Under the pieces are notes generated by a model. It did not search any database, was not told the DNA's origin, and saw only the letters and a program-made list of their open reading frames with translations. From assembly GCA_963844035.1 (NCBI GenBank), contig CAWJMT010000027.1:49173-113172 (forward strand): DNA of 64,000 nucleotides, in the 5' to 3' direction. Source of the DNA: an uncultured Gemmatimonadales bacterium. GTDB lineage: Bacteria > Gemmatimonadota > Gemmatimonadetes > Gemmatimonadales > GWC2-71-9. Position 1 is the stretch's first letter. Every line of letters starts with the position of its first letter. The position numbers and the translations under genes are program-made. Below, one piece after another: positions 35,312-47,232 of this stretch.

Positions 35312-36421
35312 TTAGATTCTGAACGGCACCGGAGCAAACGTGATCGCCAGCAGTGCCAGCCCCGCCCACGCGAGCCAGCCACGCGAGGGAGGCAGCGGGC
35401 GATACGCATCGAGCACGGGCGGGTGCCCGAGCCGTCCACGTGAGAGAATGAGCACGACCAGCCCCCACAACAGCCAGCCCTTCCAGTACAAGCCAAGTGC
35501 CAGGAGCACCGCCCAACAGATGATGGCCGCGCGCGCATGCCAGCGCGGCAGCGCGGCGTACAGGATGTGTCCCCCGTCCAGTTGAGAGATGGGGAGCAGA
35601 TTCAGCATCGTGACGAACATGCCGACCCATCCGGCGAAGGCGAGCGGGTGGAGCAGCAGGGTGCGCGTGCTTCCGTGCGTCAGCTCGCGCAACACGAGCG
35701 TGATGAGCGAGTCACCCAGACCAATCGTCTCGTTCCCGATCGCGAGCAGCATGCCGCTCAGCTCTCCGTGGCCCGGCGGCGGATGACTGAGCGCGAGCCC
35801 GATCCACAACACCGGGACCGCGACAGCGAAACCCGCGAGCGGTCCGGCCACGCCCACGTCCAGCAGCTGACGCCGGTCCGACAGCAGGGTGCGCAGCCGG
35901 ATGAACGCGCCCATCGTTCCAATGAACGACGGGATCAGGGGCACGGGGATGAAATACGGCGGCGACACGTCGAGCTGGTACCAGCGCGCGGTGACGTAGT
36001 GCCCCAGCTCGTGGCACATGAGGATCGCGAGCAGCGGAATCGAAAACCCGAAGCCCGTCGCCCACGCCGCCACGACCCCGGACGGCAGCGGGTAGGTACC
36101 GGTGAGCAGATCGAACGGGTTGTCGTACACGATCGCGCCCGTGAGCACCGCCCCGGCGAAGGTCGTCGTCACCAGCGTGGTCACGAACAGGGCGGCGTGC
36201 AGGAGCCAGCGCTCGCGGCGCCGGATCGGCATCCGGCGGGTCAGGATCAAGTGGCGCCCTTCGGGCTCGTCCGACCAGTAGTAGTGACCAGGCCAGCGCG
36301 CCAGCGCTTCCCGGAGGGCGGGCGAGGGACCGGCATGAGCCGGATCTACAAGCGCATCAACCACTTCCCTGTCGTGCAGGGTGGTGGTGCGCCAGGCCAG
36401 TAGGAACGTCCTCAGCGGCAT
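35312..36421 (-). CDS. Site-2 (M50) intramembrane metalloprotease
   Basis: [24 protein letters not shown]. Confidence 0.92.
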   Translation of the reverse strand: MPLRTFLLAWRTTTLHDREVVDALVDPAHAGPSPALREALARWPGHYYWSDEPEGRHLILTRRMPIRRRERWLLHAALFVTTLVTTTFAGAVLTGAIVYDNPFDLLTGTYPLPSGVVAAWATGFGFSIPLLAILMCHELGHYVTARWYQLDVSPPYFIPVPLIPSFIGTMGAFIRLRTLLSDRRQLLDVGVAGPLAGFAVAVPVLWIGLALSHPPPGHGELSGMLLAIGNETIGLGDSLITLVLRELTHGSTRTLLLHPLAFAGWVGMFVTMLNLLPISQLDGGHILYAALPRWHARAAIICWAVLLALGLYWKGWLLWGLVVLILSRGRLGHPPVLDAYRPLPPSRGWLAWAGLALLAITFAPVPFRI

Positions 36422-36429
36422 GGACACTC

Positions 36430-36458
36430 TTGACTGCACGTCCGCCGCGGCCTACTAT
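36430..36458 (+). promoter_or_regulatory. Sigma-70 promoter for rho
   Basis: TTGACT-N17-TACTAT. Confidence 0.65.
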
Positions 36459-36561
36459 AGGCCACTCGCACCCCTGCACATTCCCTAGTTCTCACTTTCA
36501 ACGCGCTCACTCCCCCACTTCGGGGTCCGCCCGCCGTAGCGTAACGGAGCCAAAGCCCAAC

Positions 36562-37815
36562 GTGGATATCGCTGAATTAAAGAAGAAATCCGTCGCGGAA
36601 CTGCACGCGATGGCCGAGACCCTGAACATCACCAACTACTCAGGGCTCCGCAAGCAGGATCTCATCTTCCGCATCGAGCAGTCGCTGCTCGACTCCGACA
36701 CCGTGCTGCGCGGCGAGGGAGTGCTGGAAATCCTTCCCGAGGGTTACGGATTCCTGCGCAGCCCGGATTGGAACTACCTGTACGGCCCCGACGACATCTA
36801 CGTCTCGCCCAGCCAGATCAAGCGGTTCGATCTGCGAACCGGCGACACGATCATGGGCCAGGTGCGGCCGCCGAAGGAGGGCGAGCGCTACCTCGCCCTG
36901 CTCAAGGTCGAGGTCGTCAACGGCGACGAGCCGGAGAAGGCGAAGCACCGCGTCGCGTTCGACAACCTGCGGCCCCGCTACCCCGAGGAGCGGATCAGGC
37001 TGGAGCGGAAGGACGGCGACCTGTCGATGCGGGTGATGGACATCCTGTGCCCGATCGGCAAAGGGCAACGCGGTTTGATTGTGTCACCGCCCAAGGCCGG
37101 TAAGACCATCCTGATGCAGAAGCTGGCCAACTCGATCATCGAGAACCATCCGGAGATCTACCTCATCGTGCTGCTGATCGACGAGCGGCCGGAAGAGGTG
37201 ACCGACATGGAGGAGAACGTGAAGGTGGCGGAGGTGATCTCCTCCACGTTCGACGAGCCGGCCGACCGCCACGTGCAGGTGGCGGACATGGTGATCGAGA
37301 AGGCGAAACGCATGGTGGAGCACGGCAAGGACGTCGTGATCCTGCTCGACTCGATCACGCGCCTGGGCCGCGCGCACAACGTCGTCGTGCCGCACTCGGG
37401 CAAGATCCTCTCGGGCGGCGTGGACGCGAACGCGCTGCAGAAGCCCAAGCGCTTCTTCGGCGCGGCGCGCAACATCGAGGGAGGTGGCTCGCTCACCATC
37501 ATCGCGACCGCCCTGATCGACACCGGCTCGCGCATGGACGAGGTGATCTTCGAGGAGTTCAAGGGCACGGGCAACATGGAAGTCATTCTCGACCGCCGCA
37601 TCGCCGATCGGCGCGTCTACCCGGCAATCGACACGCAGCGCACCTCGACCCGCAAAGAAGAGCTGCTCCTCTCCAAGGAAGAGCTCAACAAGGTGTACCT
37701 GCTCCGGAACTTCCTGTCCGACATGCCGCCGGTCGAAGCGATCGAGTTCCTGCTCGAGCGCATGAAGCGGACGAAAACGAACAACGAGTTCTACGCATCG
37801 ATGGCCCAGGGGTGA
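36562..37815 (+). CDS. rho: Transcription termination factor Rho
   Basis: [32 protein letters not shown]. Confidence 0.99.
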   Translation: MDIAELKKKSVAELHAMAETLNITNYSGLRKQDLIFRIEQSLLDSDTVLRGEGVLEILPEGYGFLRSPDWNYLYGPDDIYVSPSQIKRFDLRTGDTIMGQVRPPKEGERYLALLKVEVVNGDEPEKAKHRVAFDNLRPRYPEERIRLERKDGDLSMRVMDILCPIGKGQRGLIVSPPKAGKTILMQKLANSIIENHPEIYLIVLLIDERPEEVTDMEENVKVAEVISSTFDEPADRHVQVADMVIEKAKRMVEHGKDVVILLDSITRLGRAHNVVVPHSGKILSGGVDANALQKPKRFFGAARNIEGGGSLTIIATALIDTGSRMDEVIFEEFKGTGNMEVILDRRIADRRVYPAIDTQRTSTRKEELLLSKEELNKVYLLRNFLSDMPPVEAIEFLLERMKRTKTNNEFYASMAQG

Positions 37816-38249
37816 ACGTGACGGGGAGACTCCTCGGAGTCGACTGGGGAGAACGCCGCATCGGCCTCGCTCTGTCCGACGAATCCCAACTTCTCGCGCA
37901 ACCCCTGACGACCCTCACCCGCCGCACCGGCAAACGCTTTCCCATGGCCCGTCTGCTCGCGCTCGCCAAAGAACGCGAGGTCGCGGGCGTCGTGATCGGC
38001 CTCCCCCTCACGGCCGACGGGTCCGAGGGCCACGCGGCACATCAGGCGCGCGCGCTGGCCGCGGAGATCGCGCGCCACTCCGGCCTCAGCGCCGAGCTGT
38101 GGGACGAGCGGTTCACCACGGCGCGGGCGTTGCAGGCGGTGCGCGAGATGGGCGGGACTACGCGGGGGCGCCAGGCGGACGTCGATGCCCTCGCGGCAAC
38201 GTTGCTGCTGCAGCACTACCTCGACGCACGCCGCGGCTCGGCGCAGTGA
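37812..38249 (+). CDS. ruvX: Holliday junction resolvase-like RuvX/YqgF
   Basis: [28 protein letters not shown]. Confidence 0.93.
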   Translation: MNVTGRLLGVDWGERRIGLALSDESQLLAQPLTTLTRRTGKRFPMARLLALAKEREVAGVVIGLPLTADGSEGHAAHQARALAAEIARHSGLSAELWDERFTTARALQAVREMGGTTRGRQADVDALAATLLLQHYLDARRGSAQ

Positions 38250-39242
38250 TCCGCCGGCTGGCCGCGGTCCTGATCGTCACGGTGCTGGGTTGCAGCACCA
38301 GCCCCGGGCGGCCAGCGCGTCACCATCACCGTCCCACCGGGTGCCACCCTCGACGCCGCGATCGACTCACTGTCCGCCCATGGCGTGATTCGCCACCCCA
38401 CTCGCTTCATGTGGTACGCTCGCCTGCGGGGGTTGGGGAGCTCGCTCAAGACGGGAGTGTACCTGCTGCCCCAGGACGCACCCTGGAGCGACATCGTCGC
38501 CACGCTGAAGCGGGGACACGGCGTCGAGGTCCGGTGGACCGTGCGGGAGGGTTTGATGCTCAGCGAGGTGGCAGACCTCGCCGCCCGACAGCTGGGCGTC
38601 CACCGGGACTCGATGCTCGCCGCGGCGAACGACCCCGCCCTGCGCCGCGAGCTCGGCCTGCCGGACGCCGCGACCGACGTGGAAGGCTACCTGTTCCCCA
38701 CGACCTACGTCGTCGGCGTTCACATTACGGGGCGTGAGCTGGTGCACGTGATGACGCGCGAGTTTCTCGCGCAATGGCGGCCCGAGTGGACCCCGCGGCT
38801 CGACTCCCAGCACCTGACTCGCCAGCAGCTCGTGACCCTCGCGTCGATCATCGAGGCCGAAGTCCGCTACGAACCCGACCGGCCGTTCGTCTCGGCCGTG
38901 TACCGCAATCGCCTCAAGCGCGGCATGAAGCTCGAGGCCGACCCCACGGTCGTCTACGCCCACGGGCGCCGGCTCAAGCGAGTCTGGGAGAAGAACCTGG
39001 CGATCCGATCGCGCTACAACACGTATCTGTATGCGGGGCTGCCGCCGGGACCGATCTGCCAGCCGGGGCTGGCCAGCATGGCGGCGGCGCTCGATCCCGC
39101 TCCCGTGCCGTACCTGTTCTTCGTTGCGCAGCCGGACGGGAAGCACATCTTCTCGGTGACCTACGCGGAGCACCAGGCGGCGATCCGGGCCGTCAAGCGT
39201 ATGCAGAGCGAATCGCGCGGGCGGCGGCCTCCGGGTCGCTAG
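38246..39242 (+). CDS. mltG: Endolytic transglycosylase MltG (frameshift near 38310)
   Basis: EGYLFPTTY, LASIIEAE, YNTYLYAGLPPGPI, YLFFVA. Confidence 0.92.
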
Positions 39243-39816
39243 CTTCCCAGATCGCGCCGATCACCGCGACGCCGACGGCGCCGGCGGCGACGATCGCGCC
39301 GGCGTTCTGCGCCGTGATGCCGCCGATGCCGATGACCGGCACACCGGCGGGAGCGAGGCGGGCCAGCGCCGTGAAGCCCGAGGGACCAAGCGGCGGCCCA
39401 GCATCGCTCTTGTGCGTGGTGGAAAAACAGGGGCCGATGCTCCAGTAGTCGGCGGGCCACGTGGTGGCGCGGGCGGCTTCCGCGCTAGAGCCAACCGAGA
39501 TGCCAAGCAGGAAGCCCGGCGGGACGTGCGGGCGCAGAGCCCCAAGCGGCACGTCGTCCTGCCCCAGGTGCGCGCCGGCCGCGCCGGCGGCTACGCCTAC
39601 GTCCACGCGGTCGTTGACGAGTACCGGGACCGGCAACGCGGCAACGAGGGTGCGGGTCAGCGCGAGCAGGTCGCGCGGCGGGGCATGCTTGAGCCGGACC
39701 TGCACGGCGGTGGCGCCGCCTCGGACCGCCCGGCGGCACGCGTCCACGGGGTCGCCCCCCTTGAGGAGAGCGGCATCCGTGACCACCATCAAGCGCAACT
39801 GATCGACGAGGGCCAT
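39193..39816 (-). CDS. thiE: Thiamine-phosphate synthase
   Basis: VQVRLK, VNDRVD, GAHLGQDD, IGIGGI. Confidence 0.92.
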   Translation of the reverse strand: MALVDQLRLMVVTDAALLKGGDPVDACRRAVRGGATAVQVRLKHAPPRDLLALTRTLVAALPVPVLVNDRVDVGVAAGAAGAHLGQDDVPLGALRPHVPPGFLLGISVGSSAEAARATTWPADYWSIGPCFSTTHKSDAGPPLGPSGFTALARLAPAGVPVIGIGGITAQNAGAIVAAGAVGVAVIGAIWEASDPEAAARAIRSAYA

Positions 39817-40183
39817 GAGTAAGATCCTGCGTGGACTGCGCGGTGCGACCACCGCGCCAGCGAACACCCGCGACGCCATCCTCGACGCGACGGAGGAATT
39901 GATCCGCGCGCTCCAGGAAGCGAACGACTTCAAACCCGAGGACGTGGAGAGTGCCATCTTCACCTCCTCGCCCGACCTCACCGCCGAGTATCCGGCCCGC
40001 GCCGCACGGCGCCTGGGGTGGGACACCGTTCCGCTGCTCGGCGCCAGCGAAGTCGCCGTACCCGACGGCGTGCAGCGCTGCATCCGGCTGCTGCTGCACC
40101 TCTACACCGCCAAGGCGCCCGGCGAGCTGAAACATATGTATCTCCGCGGCGCCGCCACACTGCGGCCGGACCGAACGACGTGA
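39815..40183 (+). CDS. aroH: AroH-type chorismate mutase
   Basis: RGLRGATT, YPARAAR, CIR, HMYLRGAATLRPD. Confidence 0.93.
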   Translation: MSKILRGLRGATTAPANTRDAILDATEELIRALQEANDFKPEDVESAIFTSSPDLTAEYPARAARRLGWDTVPLLGASEVAVPDGVQRCIRLLLHLYTAKAPGELKHMYLRGAATLRPDRTT

Positions 40184-41388
40184 CTAGCGGTCAGGCGGTC
40201 AGGCGGTCGGGCGGTCGGGAGACTGATCGGCGTGGCGCCGTCGTGTCGGCCAAGGGAGCTGCGCGCTGGGCCGCGGGACACCCGTGGATCTATCGCACCG
40301 ACGTGTACGCCGAGCCGCGCGACGCGCCGGGGATCATCGCCGTCACCGACCGCCGGGGCCGTCACCTCGGGCAGGCCCTGTATTCACCGACGTCGGAGAT
40401 TCGCCTGCGCCTGCTCACGCGCGGCACCGAATCCATCGACGCGGCCTGGTGGGGAGCGCGGATCGCCGCCGCGGCGGCGCGCCGATCGGGAATCAGCGAT
40501 TCCGCCTATCGTGTGGTGAATGCCGAGGGCGACAGCTTACCCTCACTGGTCGTCGATCGTTACGGATCGTGCGTCGTGGCTCAGCTCCTCTCGGCGGGAC
40601 TCGAGAGTGCGCGCGACGACGTCCTCGCCGGAATCCAGAGCGCCCTTAGCCCCGACGGCGTCCTGTTCCGAAACGACGCCGGGATCCGGCGACACGAGGG
40701 GCTACCCCTCGAAGTGGTGCCGGCCTCCGGCAGCGTGCCCGAGACGCTCGAGGTGATGGAGAACGGCGTGCGATACCTGGCGGCGCCCTGGTCCGGCCAG
40801 AAGACCGGCGCGTTCCTCGACCAGCGGGAGAACCGGGCGCTCGTGGCGGCGGCGGTGCCGGGCGGCGGCCGGGCGCTCGACTTGTTCACCTATCACGGCT
40901 CCTTTGCCCTGCACCTGGCGGGCCGGGCCAGGGAGGTGCTGGCGGTCGATTCGAGCGAGGAGGCGCTGGCGCGGGGACGAGAGAATGCGACGCTCAACGG
41001 TCTCACGAATATCGTCTGGCGCGAAGCGAATGCGTTCGACCTGTTGCGGGAGTTCGAGCGCCAGGACGAGCGCTTCGATGCGATCGTCCTCGATCCGCCG
41101 GCGTTCGCGAAGACCAAGGACAACCTGGCGCGTGCGCTTGCGGGCTACAAGGAGATCAACCTGCGGGCCATGCGCCTGCTCGCGCCGGGTGGTGTACTGT
41201 TCACCTGCTCGTGCTCCTACCACGTGGGTCGCGCGGCGTTCGCCGATATGCTCGTGGCGGCGGCCCGCGACAGCGGGCGGCGGCTGGAGCTGGTGCGTTG
41301 GACCGCAGCGGGGCACGACCACCCCGAAATCCTCAACGTCCCCGAGACCGGATACCTGAAGGGGGCCCTGCTCCGCGCCGTCGAATAG
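40180..41388 (+). CDS. rlmI: RlmI-like rRNA m5C methyltransferase
   Basis: GHPWIY, QKTGAFLDQRENR, VLDPPAF, PETGYLK; the start is uncertain because of an octamer repeat at 40185-40219. Confidence 0.88.
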   Translation: MTSGQAVRRSGGRETDRRGAVVSAKGAARWAAGHPWIYRTDVYAEPRDAPGIIAVTDRRGRHLGQALYSPTSEIRLRLLTRGTESIDAAWWGARIAAAAARRSGISDSAYRVVNAEGDSLPSLVVDRYGSCVVAQLLSAGLESARDDVLAGIQSALSPDGVLFRNDAGIRRHEGLPLEVVPASGSVPETLEVMENGVRYLAAPWSGQKTGAFLDQRENRALVAAAVPGGGRALDLFTYHGSFALHLAGRAREVLAVDSSEEALARGRENATLNGLTNIVWREANAFDLLREFERQDERFDAIVLDPPAFAKTKDNLARALAGYKEINLRAMRLLAPGGVLFTCSCSYHVGRAAFADMLVAAARDSGRRLELVRWTAAGHDHPEILNVPETGYLKGALLRAVE

Positions 41389-41434
41389 CCGCCTGCCGTT
41401 GACGAAACCAGCCTCCCTTACAACCTTGCACACC

Positions 41435-42313
41435 ATGGCGTTCGCTCCGCCCCCGGCGCGCGACCGAAGCGCGCTCGTCCGGCGAGTCCTGCTCGCGTTG
41501 CTTCTCGCGAATCTGACCATCGTCGGGGCGAAGGCCGTCATCGCCGTGCGCGCCAACTCGCTCGCCGTGCTGGGCGCGGCGCTCGATTCGGCGGTGGATG
41601 CACTCAACAACGGCCTCGCCATGCTGTTGGTGCGGGTCGCGTCCAAAGAACCCGACGAGGACCATCCTTACGGCCATGGTAAGTTCGAGACGCTCGGCAC
41701 GCTCGCCATCGTCGGATTCCTCTCCGTCAGCTGCTTCGAGCTGGTGCGGGGCGCCGTCAACCACCTGGTCAGCGGCGGGCACCCGGTCACCGTCACCGAC
41801 TTCCAGCTCGCGGTGCTGGTCATCACGGTAGGCCTGAACGTGTTGGTCGCGTGGTACGAGCAGCGGCGCGGGGCCGAGCTCGGGAGCCAGATCCTGGTCG
41901 CCGACGCGAGCCATACGCGCGCCGACGTATTCGTCACCGTCGGCGTTCTGGTGGGCCTGCTGCTCGCACGCCAGGGGTTGTGGTGGGCCGATCCCGTGGC
42001 CGCCATCGTAGTGGCGGGCGTCATCGTGCGCGTAGCGTACGGCATCGCTTCGCGAGCCGTCCCCGTCCTGGTAGACCAGCGGGCCTTGCCGCCGATCGAG
42101 ATCCAGGGAACCGCTGAAGGCGTGCGCGGCGTCATGAGCGCCTACCACATCCGTTCGCGCGGCGCTCCTCCCCTCCGCTATGCCGAGGTCACCATTTCGG
42201 TGGATCGGGGAGCGAACGTCGCCGATGCCCACGCGATCGCCGATGAGGTCGAGGAACGCCTCAAGCGCGACCTCCAGCTGTACGAGGTCGTGGTGCACGT
42301 CGAGCCATGCTGA
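41435..42313 (+). CDS. Cation diffusion facilitator (FieF-like)
   Basis: PDEDHPYGHGKFE, HTRAD, VVHVEP. Confidence 0.92.
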   Translation: MAFAPPPARDRSALVRRVLLALLLANLTIVGAKAVIAVRANSLAVLGAALDSAVDALNNGLAMLLVRVASKEPDEDHPYGHGKFETLGTLAIVGFLSVSCFELVRGAVNHLVSGGHPVTVTDFQLAVLVITVGLNVLVAWYEQRRGAELGSQILVADASHTRADVFVTVGVLVGLLLARQGLWWADPVAAIVVAGVIVRVAYGIASRAVPVLVDQRALPPIEIQGTAEGVRGVMSAYHIRSRGAPPLRYAEVTISVDRGANVADAHAIADEVEERLKRDLQLYEVVVHVEPC

Positions 42314-43170
42314 GCGCCGTCCCGCCGCTCTCCCACGGCCAGCCCGCACGCGCCGCGCGCCGCCCCCCTCGCTCCCTGAAGCAGGAGTACGAGGAGTTCA
42401 TGCTGCAGCGCATCGAGGAGTACAAAAACGCGCTGGCGCGCGAGGATCTGCTGCAAATCGGCGACGAGGCGGTCCGCGAGCTCGAAGGGAACGCCGGCGG
42501 ACAGTATCTCCTCACCGAGGTGCTGCTGCTCGAGCACGTCGATCGGCTCATCGCGCGGCGCCTGCGCCTGCCCTCGTTTCCGCGGTGGCGCCAAAAGCAC
42601 CGCACGCTGCGCATCTCGCAGCGGGAGCCGACGCACTGGGGGCTCGGGGCGGATGCACCGCTCATCGGGCTCACTCGTCGGTTCGAGCCCGGCGACCTCG
42701 CCGTGGTTATCGGGGCCGGGGCCCTGCCCAGTGCGCTCTATCTGGCAGCCCACGACGCCGAGGTGTTCCTCCTCGATCAGGACCTGGGCGCGATCGAATC
42801 CGCAGAAAGTCGCGCGGTCGCCGAACAGCTCGCGGGGCGGTTTCACGCCCTGGTGATCCAGTTTGGCAGCTGGCTCCCCGACGTCACGCCCAGCCTCGTC
42901 GTGGTTGACCCCGCCGCCCTCGCTCCGGCCCGGCCCAAGGCGCGTCAGCGTCTACTCGACGACCTCAAGGCCCGCACGCGAGTTGGAGGGGTGCATTTGG
43001 TCCTTCCCACCCAGCCGATCCACGCCGTTATTCCGCTCGCCGCGGAAGGGTTGCAGGGGCACTACGACGGATGGCTCGTCACCCGCCGCAAGCGCTCCCG
43101 AGGCGGCGTCGGCTTCGTCGCCACCAAGCCAGAGCGTCAAGGAGACACGGTAGCGAACGTGTCTGAATGA
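42307..43170 (+). CDS. Hypothetical protein with degenerate Rossmann-like C-terminus
   Basis: Coding-like ORF coupled to the CDF gene; VIGAG motif. Confidence 0.65.
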   Translation: MLSAVPPLSHGQPARAARRPPRSLKQEYEEFMLQRIEEYKNALAREDLLQIGDEAVRELEGNAGGQYLLTEVLLLEHVDRLIARRLRLPSFPRWRQKHRTLRISQREPTHWGLGADAPLIGLTRRFEPGDLAVVIGAGALPSALYLAAHDAEVFLLDQDLGAIESAESRAVAEQLAGRFHALVIQFGSWLPDVTPSLVVVDPAALAPARPKARQRLLDDLKARTRVGGVHLVLPTQPIHAVIPLAAEGLQGHYDGWLVTRRKRSRGGVGFVATKPERQGDTVANVSE

Positions 43171-43298
43171 CCGATTAGGGCGTGTTGGGAATAGGCGTTA
43201 CCGAGTAAGGCGTTGCCGGATAAGGCGTTGCCGGATGGCGCGTGCGGCCAGGGTCTTGCATTGGCAAGGCTCCGACTCACACCCGGGAACGCTTCATC

Positions 43299-43484
43299 AT
43301 GACAAGTTTGCCCCTGGTACTCGACGACGAGCCGCTCGGTATCATCCTGCGCGCCGGCCGGCAGCTGCTGCGCCCGGCCAAGATCTGGGCATACTGTTGG
43401 TGCGCCGATGAACCGGACGGCAATGAGCACACCGCACCAGCATCTCCCGGTAGAGCATCCCCGCTGAGTGATTTGAGGCTCTAG
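43299..43484 (+). CDS. Small hypothetical protein
   Basis: 61-aa ORF (WAYCWC) followed by a GC hairpin. Confidence 0.4.
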   Translation: MTSLPLVLDDEPLGIILRAGRQLLRPAKIWAYCWCADEPDGNEHTAPASPGRASPLSDLRL

Positions 43485-43547
43485 GGGCCGGCGGTTCGCC
43501 GGCCCTTCGTGTTTCCCCCACCGCAGTAGATTTCTGCCGTTCCTCAT

Positions 43548-44577
43548 ATGCATGCCATCGTCAAACGGAGTCGGGCCCCCGGCCTGACGGTCACGACCGT
43601 CCCCAAGCCGTCCCCGGGCCCGGGCGAGGTACTGATCGCCGTCCGCCACGCTGGGATGTGCGGCACCGATCTCCATATCGCCGACTGGAATGCCTGGGCA
43701 CAGCAGCGGATCAATCCGCCGCTCGTCATCGGACACGAATTCGCCGGTGAGGTCGTCGCGGTGGGAGACCGGGTCGCGGAGATCACGCCGGGCCAGCTCG
43801 TGACCGCGGAAGGGCACATCGTGTGCGGGCACTGCCTGCAGTGCCGTACCGGGAACAGCCACATCTGCCGTCGCACGCAGATCATCGGTGTGGACCGCGA
43901 CGGCGCGTTCGCCGAATACATCGTCATGCCGGCGACCAACGTGCTGCCGCTGGACGGCATCCCCACCGACATCGGCGCCATCATGGACCCGATGGGCAAC
44001 GCGTTTCACGCCGTGCTCACCGCGGAGATCCCCGGGAGCGTCGTGCTGGTCGTCGGGTGCGGCCCGATCGGCTGCTTTGCTGTGGGTATCGCCCGGGCCG
44101 CCGGGGCCGCCAAGGTCATCGCCTCCGACATCAATCCCAAGCGACTCGCGCTGGCGGAGCGGATGGGTGCGCACGTCATCATCGATGCCGGCCGCGAGGA
44201 TGTCACGCGCCGGGTACTGGAAGAAACGAACCGCGAAGGCGCCGATGTCGTGTGCGAAATGTCCGGGGTCCCCTCGGCGCTGCACCAGGCGTTCGCGTCG
44301 GTGCGCATGGGTGGCCGCGTGCAGCTGCTCGGCATCCCCACCGGCCGCGGTGCCGATCGACTTCGCCAACGAGATCATCTTCAAGGGGCTCACCCTCTAC
44401 GGCGTCATCGGGCGCAAGATGTACGAGACCTGGCATCAGATGCGGCGCTATTTGAGCGCCGGCCTGTTCGACCCGCGTCCGGTCGTGACGCACCGGTTCC
44501 CCCTCGCCCGCGTGGACGACGCCATCGCCGCCATCCGCGCCGGCGATGCCGGCAAGATCATCCTGGAGATCGCATGA
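43548..44577 (+). CDS. tdh: L-threonine 3-dehydrogenase (frameshift near 44345)
   Basis: CGTDLH, GHEFAG, EGHIVCGHC..C, GRKMYETW, ITHRF-like motif. Confidence 0.95.
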
Positions 44578-45768
44578 CCTTCCCCGCCCGACTGCAGGCC
44601 GAGCTCGACCAGTTCAGACACGACGGGGTGTACAAGCGCCTGAACTACCTGGCCTCCCCGCAGGGGGCTCGCGTCCGGATGGAAGGGCGTGGCGAGGTGT
44701 TGATCCTCTCGTCCAACAACTACCTGGGCCTGTGCGACGCGCCCGACGTGGTGGCGGCAGGCAAGCGGGCCCTCGACGAGTTCGGCGCCGGGACCGGCTC
44801 CGTCCGCTTCATCTGCGGCACCTTCACGATCCATCGGGAGCTCGAGGCGGCGCTGGCCCGGCTGGTCGGGTGCGCCGCGGCTCTCAGCTACGTCAGCTGC
44901 TGGAATGCGAACGAGGGGCTCTGCGCGACCTTGCTCGGCGAGCAGGACATCGTGATCTCGGACCAGCTCAACCACGCCTCGATCATCGATTCGATCCGGC
45001 TCGCCAAGTCCATCACACGGTGCCAATCCGCGGTGTATCGCCACTCGGACATGGGGGACCTCGAGGACAAGCTGCGTGCGGCCAAGGACTGCCGCCTCAG
45101 GCTCGTCGTGACCGACGGGGTTTTCTCGATGGAGGGCGACATCGCCAGGCTCCCGGACATCATGGCACTGTCGCGACAGTATGATGCCATCGTGGCAGTG
45201 GATGATTCCCACGGTACCGGAGTGCTCGGGGCGACCGGTCGCGGGACGGCCGAGCACTACGGCGTGCTCGGGCAGGTGGATATCGTCACCTCCACCTTGG
45301 GGAAGGCCCTCGGGGGCGCCGCGGGGGGGTTCGTGGCTGGCCCCGAGCCGCTCGCCGACTATCTCACCCAGCGCTCCCGGCCGCAGCTCTTCAGCAACGC
45401 CCTCCCCCCAACCGTCGCGGCGAGCGCGCTCGCTGCGGTGCGCCATCTCGAGGGTCACCCCGAGCTCGTGAGCCGCCTGAGGGACAACGCCAACTACTTT
45501 CGGGACCAGCTGCTCGCCCTCAGGGTTCAAGCCTCTGCCCGGCCAGACGCCGATCGTGCCGGTGATCCTGGGCGAGACCGCCCGGGCGATCGAAATGAGC
45601 GAGCGCCTGCTCGCGGAGGGCGTTTTCGTGACCGGGTTTGGCTACCCGGTCGTTCCGCAGGGCCACGCGCGGGTGCGCTGTCAGGTCTCGGCGGCGCACA
45701 CCCGCGCCGACCTGGATTTCGCGTTGCGAGCGTTCAAGAAGGTCGGGACCCAGCTCGGGCTGATCTAG
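44574..45768 (+). CDS. kbl: Glycine C-acetyltransferase (frameshift near 45520)
   Basis: SNNYLGL, SVRFICGT, LNHASIID, DGVFSM, TLGKALGG. Confidence 0.95.
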
Positions 45769-45988
45769 CGAACCGGCATTTTCGGCACTTCTTCGGTGTT
45801 TGTTTGGGTAATCCACGGCTGAACCTCAAGTAGTTTCAAGGCTCGGTGCCTTAACTTCCCTGCCTTCAAGCCTTTCGGGTATCGCGTTTTTGAACCCGAA
45901 CCACTATTTTCGGTCGGTTTCGGGGCCGGGGCCCCGCGCGTCCGAGTGCCTCACACTGGGCAAGCCGTCTTGACCGAGGAGTGGTACC

Positions 45989-47232
45989 ATGCGGGTTCTC
46001 ACAATCGTCGGGTTGGTTCTCGTCAGCTGGGTCGCGGGCCTGAGCGCGCAGCACGCCCATCAGATCGAGTTCGGCGGGTTCGGCACCTACACCCGCTACG
46101 ACGACCAACGTGGCCTCGAAATGCAGGTCGGCGGCGGCGGGCGGCTGGGGTACTTCATGAGCGAGTACTTCGGCCTGGAAGCGGACCTCCACTTTGCCGC
46201 CCCCTATAACGCGGCCGGTACCTACGGCACCGAGATCGCTCGAGGCAGCGTGAGCCTCATCGTCAACTCGGGCGGCCAGCACAACATCCTCTACGTTCTC
46301 GGTGGCTATACGCGCACCCGCGATGGCTGGTCGCCCTATCCCTACCAGTGGGCCAATACTGCCCACTTCGGGATTGGCGACCGGATCTTTTTCGGGAACC
46401 GCGCTGGCGCTGCGGCTCGAGGCGCGGGGGTTCTACACCCCTGGGGATCCGGTGGGAAACGGCGTCACAAACGCACTCGACTTCACGGGTTCGGCCGGGC
46501 TCTCGGTGTTCCTGTTCGGCAAGGGGAGCGGCCAGGCGAAGCCCCAGCCGATCTCACAGGCGACCAAGGATTCGATCATCGCCGCAGGTGGCACGCTGCC
46601 GCCGGAGACGCCGGAACCGACTCGCAAGGTGTTCGTGAAGAGCGGCGTCGGCTGGCAGCGTCAGTGGTTCTGGGGCGCTCAGGCCGGCGTGCTTTCCTTC
46701 AACACCGACGTCGACGGCTTCTCCGCCGAGCCGACGTTCGGCGGGCACTGGCTCATCACCGCCAAGAAGACCGCCATGTACGTCTCGTACGAGCAGTCGT
46801 TCTTCCTGTCGGACCGGCACGCCACCATTACCCACCCCAACGGAACGATCGAGCCGGGGAACGTCGCGTTCGACGGGGTGCGGCGCATCATGATGGGTGT
46901 CCTGGCGTTCCCGGTGCAGAAAGCCGTGCAGCCGTTTGGCGGCGTGGGCTTCGCCATCATGGAAGTGCTCGACCCCATGGCGACATGCACCGGATGCACC
47001 GCGGGCGATTTGGCCATCGTGCAGAACGCGGCCGATGACGCCGCCACGAAGGCGTTCTTCTGGTGGATGGGTGGAGTCGACGTGCGGCAGGGGCGCCTCT
47101 CGCTCTACGGCCACTACATCCTGACACAAGCAGGCCCGAGGGTTCCTCATCGAGGGCGTCACACACACGGTGCAGGGCGGCATCCGCTACAGCTTCGGCA
47201 GCTCCAGGGAGGACATTACCGCGAAGCACTGA
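45989..47232 (+). CDS. Outer-membrane beta-barrel protein with two barrel-like domains (frameshifted)
   Basis: Signal peptide, GGRLGYF, ALRLEAR, QPFGGVG, GGIRYSFG. Confidence 0.7.

Noticed and set aside
43190..43240. TAAGGCGTTGCCGGA 15-mer repeats resembling enterobacterial REP
   Set aside because: Only three direct copies, without the full palindromic REP structure; the resemblance is probably coincidental.
43548..45833. Apparent 761-aa Tdh-Kbl fusion
   Set aside because: The true Tdh C-terminus and stop (44577) and the Kbl C-terminus lie in other frames; this is an indel artefact.
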